Source of the DNA: Azolla caroliniana
Lineage: Eukaryota > Plantae > Polypodiophyta
Direction: 5' to 3'
Assembly (NCBI GenBank): GCA_043228905.1
Contig: JBHGNT010000002.1
Location: 16,058,001 to 16,122,000, forward strand
DNA length: 64,000 nucleotides
The position numbers and the translations under genes were made by a program. Shown in pieces: positions 1 to 14,546 of this stretch. Positions within the stretch are counted from its first letter, which is position 1, and each line of letters begins with the position of its first letter. Under the pieces are notes generated by a model. It searched no databases, was not told the origin of the DNA, and worked only from the letters and a program-made list of their open reading frames with translations.

Positions 1-1365
1 TCTCGGTGGCCCTTCTTGCCACAATACCAGCATTTCATTCCGGTCTTTGATTGACGGTTTCCGGTGCCTCTTTGACTCCCCCTTCTTCTGGAGGGTCCGA
101 AACTGTTGTCGGCACTATCCCCGTGCCTCCAGTTCTGCTCTTGTCGGCCGCCTCCATTGCGTGCCGACCCACCTCATCCTCCACGCTCAGGGGACCGATT
201 CGCCTCCATGTACAGCATCAAGTTGTTCAATTGACTGGTCCTCAACCCACTCATGTGGTTTTCTTTGACCATCAACATCGATTGCAAGTCGAAGGACGGT
301 GGTTTCTCCTGGGTGCAAATTGCCATTTGGATTGGCCCGTACCGTTGTGCTAGACCACTGAGGCAGATCTGGACCATCTCGTCCTTGTCCACCCTCATGT
401 TGATGGAGCCAAGCACGTCGCAGATCTCCTTGATCTTGGTGGTGTAGTCGATGACCGGCATGTCCTATTGCGGGATACTATTGAGCTCTTACCGGAGCTG
501 CAACTTCCGAGCCATGGTCCTTGCGGAAAAATTCTTTCGGAGATTTTCCCAAGCCTCCTTCGGTGACTTTGCATGTCTTATAGCCTAGTATCTGGTCATG
601 CACACATGACGCGAGGCAATACAACACTATGCTTGCTCCTTGCTCCCATGCCGGGAAGTCCTTGTGTGCGGAATCCGGCGTTGCTGCATTTGCTCCTTCC
701 ACGTAGCTCCAGTATCCGTGCCCCAACAAGTATTGCTGCATTTTATACGACCAGCATGCATAGTTACTACGATCAACCTTTTCCATAGGAAGTGAGCTCT
801 GCATGCATCTGTCCATACCTTCTCTTTTCGGTATGTTCTTTTACCAGTGGTTAGGGTTTGTCTTCAGTAGAAAAAATGCTTGTCAACAACAGAGATTTTC
901 AACCCTCACGCTCTGATACCATGTCAAAGTTAATATGTGGAAAGTTTGACAAATCGGTTTATGCAGATAGCAACAGAAAACAGAGGATGAAGGTTTAATG
1001 GAAGCTTAAGGGTAGAGAATACACAGGAGAGACTGAGAGAGCAGAAACCATAAACTCAATTCAAAATAATAACACTTTGTACATACAATGTGCTAAGTGA
1101 GCTCTTTTATACAAGCCCATAAAGGACTAACAGAAGTATTGACAAGTACTTCAATGCTCATACGAGTGATTGACACTGACTCCCAAAAATATGCCTATGT
1201 ACTAGGCTAGATTCATAGGCCTCTAATGGCCTACCAGTTCCAATCCGATCTAGCTCTTGGTTCCAGATACCGATCCGAACACTGATCCGGCTCTTTGTTC
1301 CGGACTCCAATCCGGCTCTGGCTTATTCAGCCGATCCGAATCTGGTTGAGCTTGTCCGCTCAACA
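1..1365 (-). mobile_element. Ty1/copia retrotransposon, 5' part (5' LTR 922-1365, PBS 910-921, decayed gag), nested in the integrase of another copia
   Basis: TG..CA LTR. GCTCTGATACCA (complement of a tRNA-iMet PBS) abuts the LTR. gag ORFs at 478-816 (NYACWSYKMQQYL) and 174-461. The LTR is homologous to 19667-20137. Confidence 0.85.
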
Positions 1366-3580
1366 ACACTGATCTTGACGGTGATAGGTTTATCAAATAA
1401 ACGGTCGTCTACAGTGCCTCGGCCCAGAATTCTAGCTTTAGCCTAGAGTGTTGGAGCATTGTCGTCACCCTCTCTTGGATCTTCTAATTGATCCGTTTCG
1501 CCACGTTGTTTTGCATAGGAGTATAGGGAACCGTCTTTTAATGCTAGATTCTTTTTTCGGATAAGTGCTCTTTGAAGTACCAGCAAGTGTATACCTCTTC
1601 GTTGTTAGACCGGAGTGTCTTTACTCTATATATTGATCGGTTCTCTACTTTGGCTAACCACCGAGAGAAGACCGTGAGTGCTTTGTCTTTCGACCTAATT
1701 AAGTAGGCCCAGACATTCCATGTATAGTCATCTATGAATGTGATGAAGTACCGAGAGCCTCATAGTGACCTTTCGGGCATCAGTCCACATATATTTGTGT
1801 GAACTAGTTCTAGGGGCTAATGTACCATCTCGTAGTGGAGAGAGTGTGGACTTCGGGTCTGTTTGCCGTAATGAAAATGCTCACAAAAGTCTGTCTTTGT
1901 CTAGAGCTTCGAGATGTAGCAAATCGCCATCAACTAGTCTAGTCCATCTTGAGATATATGGCCTAGTCGTCCATGCCATAGGTTCGAGTCCTGCAATTCA
2001 ACTATGTTCACGGCTCCGTCTGGAATTATCACAATTAGTGGATACAAGTTGTTTTGCTTGCATCCGCTCCCGATTTTCATGTTTCCTCGGTTGATCATCC
2101 ATGACAACTCGTTGAGAGTTGTTCAATACCCGTCTTTGGTTAACATGCCGATGGAGACCAGACTCCATTTGAGATCAGGTACATGCCGAACTCGATGCAA
2201 GGTGATAGTATTGACATTCACCAATTGAATGGGGACTTCTCCAATCCCTGCGATGGCGCTCTCTTGCCTATTGCCTAGTCAGACTCTACCGTTGGCTCCA
2301 GTAGAATAGTTCCAAAACCATTTGATGTTGGGGGTTACATTAAATGTGGCTCCGGAGACCAGTAGTCGTCTTACGCACTATAGAGGACTTCTCCGATCAC
2401 CGAGTCCTCTAGAGAGAGGACTTCTCTTGATCACGAGTCGACAACATTCATTTGGTTGCCGATTGGTGAAGGGTTCAAGTGGGATCGTCATGAGTTCCGC
2501 TCGAATCGCCAATCGTCCTCCTTCCTCTTGATCAACCAGCAATCGGAAATGTTGTGACCGGCTTTTCTAGAGTGGGTGCAAAAATCACTTGGTCAGCTAT
2601 TTCTCGACTTCGACTGTTGTCAGCCCTCCCTCTTTCTCGACTGACTAGTTCTTCAATCAATTCTTTCTGTTGGCTCGGTCAAGTAGTGGGCTTCTCCCAA
2701 TTCATCGATGGTGAGTCCCATCGATTTTCGCCAAATGTCCTCTGTGAGGACTTGGCAGATCGTTTCATCCAGGTTCAACTTCGAGCAGTTGTTAGTGAAT
2801 GTCATAGAGAATACCTCCTAACTTGCCGACAAGCTCGAAAGTGGGGCAAGGGCTTTCACATCTTCTTTGAAGTTAATCCCCTGGGAGGAGAATTCAGATA
2901 ACAAACGGCTGAAGGTGTTAATGTAGGAGGTCACTGGATTTGTCTCTCTCATCTTCATATTGAACAACTGTTGGATCAATATGAGCTTTGATGAGGAGGA
3001 CTGCTTTTCATAAATGGCTTGGAGCCTCTCCCACAAGGTAGACGTTCTCGGCCATATGCATTCGAATGGTCGAAATGACTATTTCATCTAGTGAGTGACA
3101 TTCGTTTGTTGACATCAAGCTTGGCTTGTTATTGTGTTGTATTGCCTCAATTTGATGCCGGATGATCAGCACATCCTGCATCATCTCCTTCCATGGGGCA
3201 AAGTTCTTGTCATTGAACTTTCATATTTCTACTCCCGTATCGGATGTAGAGACCATGTTCTGTAGAAGTAAGATTTTTTTGGCCTGGTCCTTTCCTTCAG
3301 CTGATTCTTCTCTTCTCAAGTTTGTGTTGTTGTTGCCACCGGGTTGTAAGTCACTCTGATACCACTTGTTGAAGTAGTTGGTGTGGAAGAGAGATTAAGG
3401 ACCTATCAATGAGTCTAGTAGACATAAAAAACAATGATTTAAGCAGATGAAAAATGAACAGTTGCACAAAGAGAGAGAGAGATGATCAAAGAATACTATA
3501 TTGCATTAACCTTCGAACTCATCTTTACAAGGTAAGTAACCCACTTATATAGTTAGGTTAACTATGTGTTCACACTAGAG
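1366..3580 (-). mobile_element. Decayed Ty1/copia (gag, protease, integrase part; PBS 3354-3364; partial LTR from 3367)
   Basis: gag KFNDKNFAPWKEMMQDVL and LWERLQAIYEKQSSSSKL; integrase EFWAEAL near 1400-1430; many stops and frameshifts. Same family as 57145-62604. Confidence 0.8.
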
Positions 3581-3881
3581 ATACACGATGGACGAAGTGG
3601 GACTTTTATCCCAACACTTCATAATCATATATGTCGATGACTTAGTGATTTGCGGTGAATGCCTAGCCAACATCAACAAGGTCAAGATGCTCCTCTCCGA
3701 GAAGTTCCAGATGAAAGACATGAACGGACTTCATTACTTGTTGGGAATCAAGGTCATCCGAACTAGCATCGGCATCATGCTCTCCAATGACACTACATCT
3801 TGAATCTTCTATTCAAGTTTGGCATGATGAACCACAAGCCAATATTGACTCCACCCGATCGAAACATGAAATTGCACGCGG

Positions 3882-5110
3882 TGTTGTGAAAAATCCGTCA
3901 CTACGTGCGGATCGTGAGGTGAAACCGCGGGGGTCCTGGACCAGAAGGATTCGAAGTTTGCACTAGCTTTAGCGCGAAAATTGAGAGAAAGAGAGATTGA
4001 GATTAAACCCTTGACTTTAGATTTGAAAGACAAGATACATCACCATTAGGATATCTTGATTTATTATTATTATTATTATTAATTTCTTCCCAATTTCTTC
4101 ATTAGTCCCTACTTGTTGGATTCCTCCATTCTTTTATAGATGCCCCCATGCGTATGATGCATGTGAGGGTGCAAGACGTGCACATAATGCATGAAATGCA
4201 TGCGATGCATGTTTGCCATGTCACTCATCCAAGCTCTCATGTATGAGATTTTCATATGAAAAGCACAATGATAAAAATATAATTCTAAAGTCATGACTTA
4301 GCTTAGTGGTAAGTCATTTGTCTCTTATCTAGGAGGTGCAAGGTTCAATTCTTACTTACAACCCTATAAACATAAAATTTTACAAGGCTTTAGTCTTTTA
4401 TTTACCACTGTTTAACGGCATATTACACCTTCAGTTGACCTCCAATGAACCGATGGAACCATTAGACAATTTTGTTCGTTTCACACTGAAAAATCTTCAA
4501 GACACCGTGCGTCGCGATCAACCTATTCGACCGACCTGACCGATCCGTCTGTCCAGTCCCGTCCGTCCCGACCGGTTCGATCCACATTCTGTCCGGTCCG
4601 GTCCGGATCCGCATTTCATCCGGTCTAGTCTGGATCCGTCCGTCCGGTTCAGTTCCGATTCCGTTGTCGTCTGGATGCATCTGGCCCGATCCGGTTCTGT
4701 CGTCGTCCGTTCAGTCCAGTTCTCCAAAACCATTACGAGTAATTACGCCGCATCCATCCATCCAAGTAGTTTAGCCCAAGTCACCTTGAACATTTTCTGC
4801 TCCACACATAGACAGAAAGTAATAAGTTGGATCTTGATTTGTCCTATCTATGTTGGATATCTCACAATTTTGTTTTTCTCTTCTTCTTCTCAAACTTGAC
4901 ACTCACATAACTTGACATTTAGTTGTCTATTTCAAATGTAGTAAAGTACATTCAAAAGCTCTTGAAGACATCCATCTTTTCGTACCAAGATATTAAACTA
5001 ATATAAAATAGTATCTTCACTATTATTGTTTCATATTGTGTGTGAAGAACCACACTTGATTTTGTACATTCCATTCAATTTTCACACCATTGCCGAAAAT
5101 CTTCATGACA
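3882..5110. mobile_element. Probable solo LTR (about 1.2 kb) inserted in copia RT
   Basis: Imperfect inverted ends TGTTGTGAA...TTCATGACA. Flanks GCGG/ACGG. Removing it restores the RT reading MKLHADSGTP. Internal GTCCG-rich simple repeats at about 4530-4720. Confidence 0.65.
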
Positions 5111-5311
5111 ACGGATTCTGGCACACCATGTGAGCAGACTCAATATCGGCAAATCATTGGGAATCTCATCTACCTGACTATCACGCGCCCCGACCTTAGC
5201 TACTTGGTTGGCCTCCTTAGCCAATTCATGCAAACACCGTGCGACCCGCATTTGCATTGTGCTAAGCGCGTCTTATGATACATCAGTGGGACCATGGATT
5301 AGGGAACTACA

Positions 5312-5888
5312 AGAAAGGAGTGATTATTCAGCTGGAAGGTTACACTGATGCCAATTGGGCCGATAGTGTATCCGATAGACGATCAACACCCGGCTTCATC
5401 TTCTCACTCGGAAGTGGAGCGATCTTGTGGAGTAGCAAAAAGCGGCCAACAGTTGCACTATTGAGCACCGAAGCCGAATGTAGGGGTGCGACCATAGCCA
5501 CTTGTGAAGTAATTTGGTTCAAGCAATTGCTAAAGGACTTCAATGAATCTTCCATTGAACTGATACACATCTACTACGACAATCAGAGTAGTATCCAACT
5601 AGAAAGGAGTGACTATTCAGCTGGAAGGTTACATTGATGCCAATTGGGCCGATAGTGTATCCGCTAGATGGTCAACATCCGACTTCGTCTTCTCACTCAG
5701 AAACGGAGTGATCTTGTGGAGTAGCAAAAAGCAGCTGACAGTTACACTATTGAGCACTGAAGTCGAATATAGGGGCGCGGCCATAGCCACTTGTGAAGTG
5801 ATTTGGCTCAAGCGACTCCTAAAGGACTTCAATGAATCTGTCAATGAACTGATATGCATCTACTGCAATCAGAGTAGTATCCAACTAG
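5312..5888 (+). repeat. Tandem duplication (about 289 bp) of copia RNaseH coding sequence
   Basis: AGAAAGGAGTGA(T/C)TATTCAGCTGGAAGGTTACA begins at both 5312 and 5601, and both units encode the same peptide. Confidence 0.85.
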
Positions 5889-7325
5889 CTCCTAATACGA
5901 TCTTCCATGCCCGAACAAAGCACATTGAGGTGCACTATCACTATATACGGAAATGCATCATCGCGGGCGACATTGATCTCCTCACATCAACATTGATCAC
6001 CAGACTGCCAATATCTTCACCAAGGCCTTAAGAGCTGACAAGCTTCAACAGCTCTCGATGGCGCTTGGTCTTCAACCACTTGACATTCCAAGCCTTCTTC
6101 ATAAGCTTGAGGAGGAGGAACCAGAATCGAAACTGAACCCGTCTAAAAAGGCTAGGCCAAACAAGCTAGCCAAAAGCCGAAAACTGGAAATCGGATAGGA
6201 GCTGACATAAGTCGGAAGCCGGAAGTGAAAGCCGACAATGTTGAAAGCAGAAGTTTGACACAACATACTTGAGCTTGAAGGGGCGTACTAATCTATATCA
6301 AGCTCAATTAAGTTTGGTCATTTTGTCAATCATATAATTTAGTAATTTACATAAATACAATCTAGTTAGTGTGTTGACCATAAAGTCTTAAATAAGATTT
6401 TGTTCTTGGGATACATTCTAGATCCCCCACTTCCAAGTTCATTTAATATAGGACTTACACCCTTGTACCTATATTCTCTTCTCACATGTGCATCCTTGCA
6501 CATGAGATGTATATATACCACACTATGGGTATTTTTGTAACTTGATGCTTATCAATAGAGTAAAAGGTCTTCGAGCTACATTATTATTAATCATCCATTA
6601 TTTTTGTCTTATTGTTCATAAGTGTATATCCTCTCCATTTCTAATCAATTTCCTTCCTCTCTCTCACACACACACACATATCACATAGTCTTTTGTTGCT
6701 TAATCACATATGTGATTGACTACTCACATAATTAGATACTAATATACCTTTAGTTAATTACCTAATTATTAACAAAATATATAGGCCTATATTAATTCAT
6801 AATTATGAAAATAGTCTTCCTTATTTTTGTAGACCCCTCCTTGCTTGAATTCATAAATATTGACCAAATATTCGAGATGCCACAACTCAATCTTTGAATG
6901 TCCAATTATTATGTTGTTTGCTCAATGAACCTCTTACCATGAAACCTAGACAATAGTACCAAAATTCCACCAATGCTTCATGACACGCACCCCCATGTAT
7001 GTATTCCCCAAGGTGTCTCCACTAATAATTTCCAAAATGGTTTGCAACGCATCCGCCTCACATCCATACCAACCTTATCGCTTTCTTGTTACCTAGACAT
7101 TGGTCATGGCCATATTATTTTGCCTTCTGAAAATATCTCCAACACTCTTCATTTGGCCTTTATTTCCAACCCATCTCAAGCGTAAATCCTTAGAAGAAAG
7201 GATGTTCCAAGTGATGGCAAACTTCATCGACAAATGTATTCATATCCTTGATCCCAACATCAAAGTGGCCATCCAGATTTTGCAGCTTCGTTGAATCCTC
7301 CTTGAAACAACCCCCTTGAACACAA

Positions 7326-7563
7326 CCTTACTTGTGGCCTCGTCATCGACCTCAATAAAGAGCCAACTCGTCGGCCTCTATCATGTAATTCTTTTAATTT
7401 TTCTACCATTGCTCTTGACTACAAATTAATTCGTTACAATCACCTTACTTGTGGCCTCGCGATCGACCTCAATAAAGATCCAACTCATTGCCAACTCGTC
7501 GGTCTCTATCATGTAATTTTTTCAATTTTGCTACCAATGCTCTTGGCTACAAATTAATTCGTT
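7326..7563. repeat. Tandem duplication of about 120 bp
   Basis: CCTTACTTGTGGCCTCG..ATCGACCTCAATAAAGA...CTACAAATTAATTCGTT occurs twice. Confidence 0.75.
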
Positions 7564-7713
7564 GTGCATTTCCCTCATTTTGAAGGATTTCACATAGACC
7601 TCATACAAAAAGCCCAACTTTGTATAATGATTGCAAGTTGCAACATCAAACCCATTGCTCAATATTCATTGTAACTTTAAGGTATCAAAGCACAAGTATT
7701 CCAACTTCCCCAT

Positions 7714-8156
7714 TAGCAATTGAAAACACTAAACCAAACCATGCTTAACGGTTTAAACAGCTCGGTTTGGTTCAAGTTTAGGTTTTTGTAAACTGTTTGG
7801 TTTGGTTTCAGTTCAACCCTTTATCAATTTAATGGTTTTCGATTAAAACTATTTGACAGTTTAGGATTGACGCTTCATAATTTTGAACTTTTTAAGCCTA
7901 ATTTTATTTTAAGAAAAACTTTAAATTTTGAAATTTGGCCTAAGTTGAAACCAAAACCAAATCGTTAAACCGTAGTTTTAATTGTTTAAATGTTTGAAAG
8001 TCTCTAAAATCGTTCAGTTTGAGCTTGAAATTTTTGTAACAGTTCGGTTTAACCGGTTTCATGGTTCGATTCGGTTTAAGTTTCAAATTTTTTAAATGGT
8101 TCTGTTTTAAACGGAGTGAGTTTGACACTCTCGAACTGAACCGTTGTTGATTGCTA
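7714..8156. mobile_element. hAT-type MITE
   Basis: Ends TAGCAAT...ATTGCTA; 8-bp TSD TTCCCCAT/TTCCTCAT; many subterminal AAACCG/CGGTTT motifs. Confidence 0.7.
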
Positions 8157-8345
8157 TTCCTCATCATTTTTGTATATTTAAATTAAAAATTTCTTATGAG
8201 TTAAATGAGCAATAATTTGCACAATAAAATTGATATGGCCTAAATTGCTATAAATGCAATATAAACAAATACTTTCAAAATTAGTGTATTTGCATGCTAT
8301 ATCTCATTTCTAGTTAATATTTGAAATTGAACTCGATCGTGAAAC

Positions 8346-11300
8346 TTCTTTTTTTTTTCCAAAAAAAAACTCCTTCCATTAGTTATAAAATTTTACAAAT
8401 GAGGCGATTATGTACAAATCCCTAAAGGGACACGATAGTTCCATCTAATGTGGAAGCCCACTGACTCAAGAAAGGGAGAGGACGACCATTGTTGGATGAA
8501 GGCTATGCGTTGTCTTTCAACTCCCTCGGAGCCACCTTTAAGGCCATCATATTGGCTCTTCAGAGTGGCTACAACTTCACTCCATATCTCTTGCAGTAAC
8601 CTTGTTGGATGGGTGGTTTGGTTGGAGAAGACTCGCCTACATCGTTGTTTCCATAGAATCCAAAGGGTTATTGGGCTGACCAAATCCACCACCTCTTGAG
8701 ATTTTTCATTAAGAGGAAAATAATGGACATTGTCGCTGGAGGAGAAAAGAACCTCTTGTGCTTTTATCACCAAAGTCATCCCCTCCTCCTGATGCTCGTA
8801 TCGGCCAATTGTAGCCTGCCATGATAGCCAACATATATTTCCCCACTTGATTGAACCTTGCACCTGGCATAACTGCAACAAGCGGCCAACCCCCCGCCAT
8901 GTTCTATGGGATGTTGGGCAGTCCCACGGAGCGTGTCGTATGGATTCTACTGAATGTGGGCACTCTACACAATTAGGAGAGTTAAGGTTCCCACGTTGCC
9001 ATGCTCCGACCGGTAGGGACTTATGTATTAACAGCCATTGGAAAGTGGTAATTCGCCTCGCGTGTTGTTGCTTCCAGATTTTCTGCCAAAACTTGGTGAT
9101 TATTGCGGAGGGAACTTGAAATGTGCGCCAGACCTTTGCAGCAGCCAGTTCTCGGGCGGCTTGAGCAGCTAGAATGTGGCGACCCAATCTAGTTGTGAAT
9201 TGGAAGAAAGGGATGGGTTTGCTTCCTTGCCCCGCGTAGGGATCACGCCATGTCCATTGCAAAGGGTCCCAGCTGACCTTACGCAGCCATGTGTTTTCAT
9301 GAGTACATATATGCCAATGGGGTTGTACTTTGATCGGATCAGGATCTACAATCCATTTATGACCAGTGTACGCGAGTACTCAAATGGCGTTATTCTGTGT
9401 GGGTGTCTCAGTGTCTCTCACTTCATGGCCTTCGAGCATGTCTGGTGATCCCCTACCTCTCGGGATCAAAGAGCCCTCCTCCTCGTGGCCTATCCATTTC
9501 TCCATTGTCGTCCTTTGAGTAGCAGAGTCCCTAATCAGTAGCGCGTTAATGATTTCCGATCCCATAGTCCATCCGCCCCAGATTCCATGGAGTATGTTCG
9601 CTTGATCTTGTAATGGCATTGACATAAACCGTCACCAACATTCAATACTTTTGCCTGGACCTTCTGCAATGTATCCCCATGACAACCCCTTACATGATCC
9701 CAGTAGTTGATTAGATTCATCCTTGAGACATGGGTTCCATAGGATACGTTGACTAAGCCAGGCAGGTTCGGATCTCGGTTGATCACACTGGAGCCCCCGA
9801 CGAATGTCACACCATGCCTTCCACATGGATGCACTGAATCTGTCCTCCAAATGGCGGGAGAAACTAGGTTTGAGATCCATGTTTAGAATCCATCCCGTTT
9901 GGGGGGCCCAATTGACCCCTTTTCGTGGCTTAAAGTAAGCGAAACGTAACCTCAGTAGCATTTTCCAACAATCATTTCCTGGTTGGAGTCCTCGCACCAC
10001 AAATTTGGCAAGTAAGGCTTTCGATTGTGAAAGGGGATCAATAAGACCCAATCCCCCTCTCAACTTAGGCGTTGTGAGTATAGGCCACGCCACCTTGGCG
10101 CGAGCTACATGGTCTTCCTTACCAGACCAAATGTAGTTCCGGACCAGTCGTTGAATCTGATGTATACTTTCCTTGGAGATTGTCCAGCATGATAGACTGT
10201 ACCATGCTGTTGCGAGGAGTACCTGATTTGCCACTATGATGCGACCTGCTAGCGACAATTTTTTAGAGCTCCAATGTATCAACTTTTGTCGAATGGAGAG
10301 GATAACGGGTGCAATCATAGTCTCCGGCGGTATGTTGAAGCCAATTTGGAAGCCCAAATATTTGGTGCTCGCTCCTTGATTGATCCACTTGAAAGCGGGG
10401 TGAGGGTGCCACGCCGGATGTGTTTCCTGAGAAAGCCATATTGCACAGGATTTGTGCCAATTGATCATGGCGTTGGATCGCTTGCAAAATAAAACTAGCC
10501 CACTTTCTAGCTTTTGGAGGTTGTCCAGGTCCCCTTGCAGGTAGACTGTTGTGTCATCTGCAAATTCTATATCCAGGATGCTTTGGTAAGAATGAGGTAT
10601 GGGAAGACCACGTAGGTTGAGATGCCGCGAGTTGAGAAAGCAAGAGAGTGCTTCGGTGTATAATAGAAATAAGGATGGGGCTAGTGGACATTCCTGCCGT
10701 ACAGAGCAGGATATTCGGAAAAAGGGGCCCCTTTCACCTGCCAGCGAAACACAACTGCTGCCATTCCTATAAAATCCTGCAATGCCTTTGATCCATGTCT
10801 CTTGAAAGCCGAGTTTCCTCATCACACTTTCTAGAAAGTTCCAGCATACCCTATCATAAGCTTTCTCAAAATATAGTAGCACCACCGCTACCTTCTTGTT
10901 GGTCTGCTTGGCAAGGGCTATTGCTTCCCAAAATGAGAAGAGGTTGTCTAGGATGCTCCGATTTCTAACGAAACCTGTCTGTGACGGATGAATGAGTTGA
11001 GGAAGAAGTGGAGTTAAACGGCGTGCCACAATTTTTGCGAGCAACTTATAGACAGTATTGAGAAGAGTAATGGGCCGCCATTTGTGAATGTCGTTGGCAT
11101 TCCCACCACTTTTAGGAATGAGATGTATCATCCCCTGTCCAAATTCCTTCGGCATGCTTCCAGAGGTGATGATCTCCTCATATGCTTGGAGGAGGTCTTC
11201 TTTAATAGTGCCCCAAAGGCATGTGAAAAAATGCGGGGTGAGACCGTCAATTCCGGGGCAGCTCTCAACATCTAAATCAGTGAGGGCCTCCCATATCTCA

Positions 11301-12153
11301 ATGATTGATAGAGGACGCACAAGCCAGGTATTCATTTCCGATGTGACTTTCTCGGGTATGCTTTGGAGGATAATATCATCGCTTATGTCTTCCTCTGTAG
11401 CTATCATGTCTTCGGTAAGTAGGCGGCTATAATACCTTGTGGCAATATTCCTCATTTCGTCGCCATCCTCAGTGGTTGTTCCATCCTCCCGGTTGAGGCT
11501 GCGCATCACAGTTCTAGTGTGCCTCAGGCCTTTGGAGCGGAAGAATTCCTTTGTGGTTTTGTCCCCTACTCGAATCCATCGCGCCATGCTGCCATGAAAC
11601 TCCATGTCATATATTGCCTTTTCTGCCATGCTAAGTTCCTGTTTGGCCGTGGCGACTTGTCCTGCGATCCAACTACAGGATGGGTATCTCTGTTGGAGGC
11701 GTTGTAAGGCTATTAGTCCCCGTTTTGTCCTCTGTCGCTTCTCCTGAGCATCCTTGCGTCTGGTCTTGACAATCTCATGTAGGAGAGTAGAGGCTCTTGT
11801 TAATTTAGCTAAAAGTTTGTCCGATGCTGATGAGCCATTGACGGGTAATGACCATTGGTTGGATAGTTGGTCCTTCACGTCTATAAGTGTGTAAATAGTG
11901 TGTGGGATGCGAGTCTGGAATGGGCCCCATTTTCGGTGCAATTGAAAATGACCAGCTACCAGGTAATGGTCAGAGAAAGTCGTGCCTGGAGTTATGCGAC
12001 ACCACCCTCCCTTCGCTTCTAAAGCCTCCCCCACATAAATGCGGTCAATGCGAGATAGGGTGGGTCCACTATTCCGCCCGTCTGATCGGGAGAATAGGAG
12101 AGAGTCCCTTTTTCGTTGGAAGTTGGCAGAATGCTAGATGTCTCGCAGGTTAA
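8346..12153 (-). mobile_element. 5'-truncated L1-like LINE (end of endonuclease, RT, zf-RVT), pseudogenised
   Basis: EN motifs SRIDRIYV and FSDH; RT motifs WRPITLLN, QTGFV, FEKAYDRV, RQECPLAP, FADD (ORF 9632-12034); Cys-rich C-terminus (ORF 8408-9262); poly(A) on the minus strand at about 8346-8358; internal stops. Confidence 0.9.
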
Positions 12154-13962
12154 GGTGGACACATAGCAAGACAAAATAAATACATGATAACTAAGTGGGA
12201 AAAAAATGTCCTTGTAACTTAGGCCTTTTATATTATGACATTTTTGTATTTATGCAATAGGAGTGAAGGAGCTATAGTAGCTTACCATGTCTGTAAGAGA
12301 CTCTAACCATGCCTATAGGAGCTATGCACTCTTGAGCAAGGAGCTTGGCCTTTGTCCCCAGCACATTTATGTTTGTACTAACCAACTTAAATACGTTACT
12401 CAAATAAGCTTAAAGCATGACAAGCACAAAGAAAACAAAATATGTACGAAAACAAGGTAATGCTCATCATTTGATATGATAATGTAATTGATATGTGCTA
12501 GGAAATGATAAGAAACAATTCACAATTTAGAAAGAGATGTACAATATGAATTTTCAATATCACAATTTATTCGCATGTATATAAGTAGGTTATTGAGTAG
12601 TGTTGTACTTACTAATGAGCCCTATGTAAAAACCTTCCTTCTCATAGTCGGACTAGTCATCATGCTTGTCGGGCCAACTTTGAAAATAGTACTTGATGCT
12701 ATTTGGAAAGCAATCCCTTATACTCTTTCATGCATGCTAATCCATGTTCTTCTAGAGAAGAAATTATATTTCTCATATCACATTTGGACATCAAAATATT
12801 AAGTGTGCAATGTTTCAATCGCTATCATATAATTTGATATTACAAAATCTTTTTGCGAGAATAATACAACCCCCCTTCACCGTCTATTCTCAAAACTTGA
12901 AGGCAAACCTCAAGTTCAAATATACGAGTTATGTGATTGTCCAATAGGGCACAACATCTCGGCTTTATAGAATTATGTTGAACCTTGTGATTGAGTGTGC
13001 ATACACATATTTGTTTGATATACATCGATTAGATGGCTCAATGCATTGAATCCTCATAGTGGATGGTGAAAGGAACCATGTCAAGACAAGTTTCAATATG
13101 ATTGTTGATGTGGTTGCATCGATTAAAGAAAAATATGCATATTGCATTATGTTGCCATCTCACATGAGAAAGCATATAGATATTAAATCTTCCCCAAATT
13201 TTGCTTTTACCACATCAACATGTAAAACTTATATCTTTTGCTAGGCCATGTATGATGTGCACAATTCCCCATCACAATAGTATATGATCCAGCCTCATTC
13301 CTTCTTATGGATTGCATGTGATGGGTCGTCTCATCCATTGGAAGTTATGATGGTGAAGGAAAACACTTTGTCACATGCCCAATCTAAATAGTCAAAGCGC
13401 AAGAGCAATAACTACATTTATGATAAGAGAAGCTCTTCAAATGCTATAGTTTCAGAAGGGTGAGTAATGAGTCAAAGTAGATTCAATAAACTAGTAAAGG
13501 ATTTCCCTCTAATAATCTCTCTGGGCTTGTTATGCCTCCCATGACCTCAACTGTCCAAATTATGCGTGCACTCTTCATTCCAATAAGTCGCGAACTTTCT
13601 TTTTTTCTTGTTTTCCACATCAACAATATTGTTCGACACCAACACACATTGCTAAAAAAGGTGTGATCAAATCCAAAACATAATCATCTCGAGATGAAGT
13701 AGGTAGGCCCCTTGAACCATATATGTACAATCAATCACAATGCTATGCAAAAATGATGAAGGTCATGTAACAGGACAGATTGAAATGAAATCATTTACAA
13801 CCGTGGAGGGATGGCCGTTTGGAGAATGTACACTCGTCGGTGTAAAGTTTTGAGTGAGTAAGTGAGGAGCGTATGAAGAAACTACCAAGAAGAAGTTATG
13901 GCGGTACGAGGGAGTGGCAAGTGTGAGGAAGGTGATGCACACAATTTGCATTGGGTATGCTT

Positions 13963-13964
<2 letters not shown>

Positions 13965-14003
<39 letters not shown>

Positions 14004-14140
14004 TATTATTATTATAATTTATAGCCATCTCCACATTCCTTGGACACAACCAACTTCCTCCCACTCCCTCAAAAATAAAAAATCTCTAGTCTAGTCAGTG
14101 GGAGGGGACTCGGGAAGGTGAAAAGTAAAGTATGTAAAGA

Positions 14141-14171
<31 letters not shown>

Positions 14172-14190
14172 TGTATGTATGTATGTGTGT
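13965..14190. repeat. (GA)n and (TATG)n microsatellites upstream of the host gene
   Basis: Read directly. Further (GA)/(CT) tracts lie at about 14514-14536 and 15143-15188. Confidence 0.9.
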
Positions 14191-14514
14191 ATGAGTATAA
14201 TATGATATGATATGTTACAACTTACAACTTACTACTATGTATGGTATGTGTTACGTGTATAAAGAAGTAAAGAAAGAAAGGCGAGCTCTCTAAACTTTCC
14301 ATTGCGAGTTCTCCTCCCCTTCCCCTCCCCTCCCCTCCCCTCCATATGTAACAGTAACAGTACACACATATATATTTTGTATGTATGTCATTCGAACAGA
14401 CACACAGAGTGCATGAGTATTGAGAGATTCCCAGTTATCTTGGGCCATGGAAAGCAGCTAGCTAACAAGAGAAGGAACTTAGGGGTAGACAGACAGACAG
14501 ACAGACACACAGTG

Positions 14515-14545
<31 letters not shown>

Positions 14546-14546
14546 T

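Larger units (their letters stand above)
3588..6290 (+). mobile_element. Decayed Ty1/copia RT-RNaseH fragment, interrupted by a solo LTR
   Basis: IYVDDLVI, YRQIIGNLIYLTITRPDL, YTDANWA, STEAE and RTKHIEVHYH motifs; purine tract near 6277. Confidence 0.85.

Noticed and set aside
910-921. tRNA genes at TGGTATCAGAGC matches
   Set aside because: These are 12-nt primer-binding sites complementary to the tRNA-iMet 3' end, not tRNA genes.
12154-13750. Possible decayed gene or transposon in the AT-rich intergenic stretch
   Set aside because: I found no recognisable motif, termini or splice-consistent reading frame by eye.
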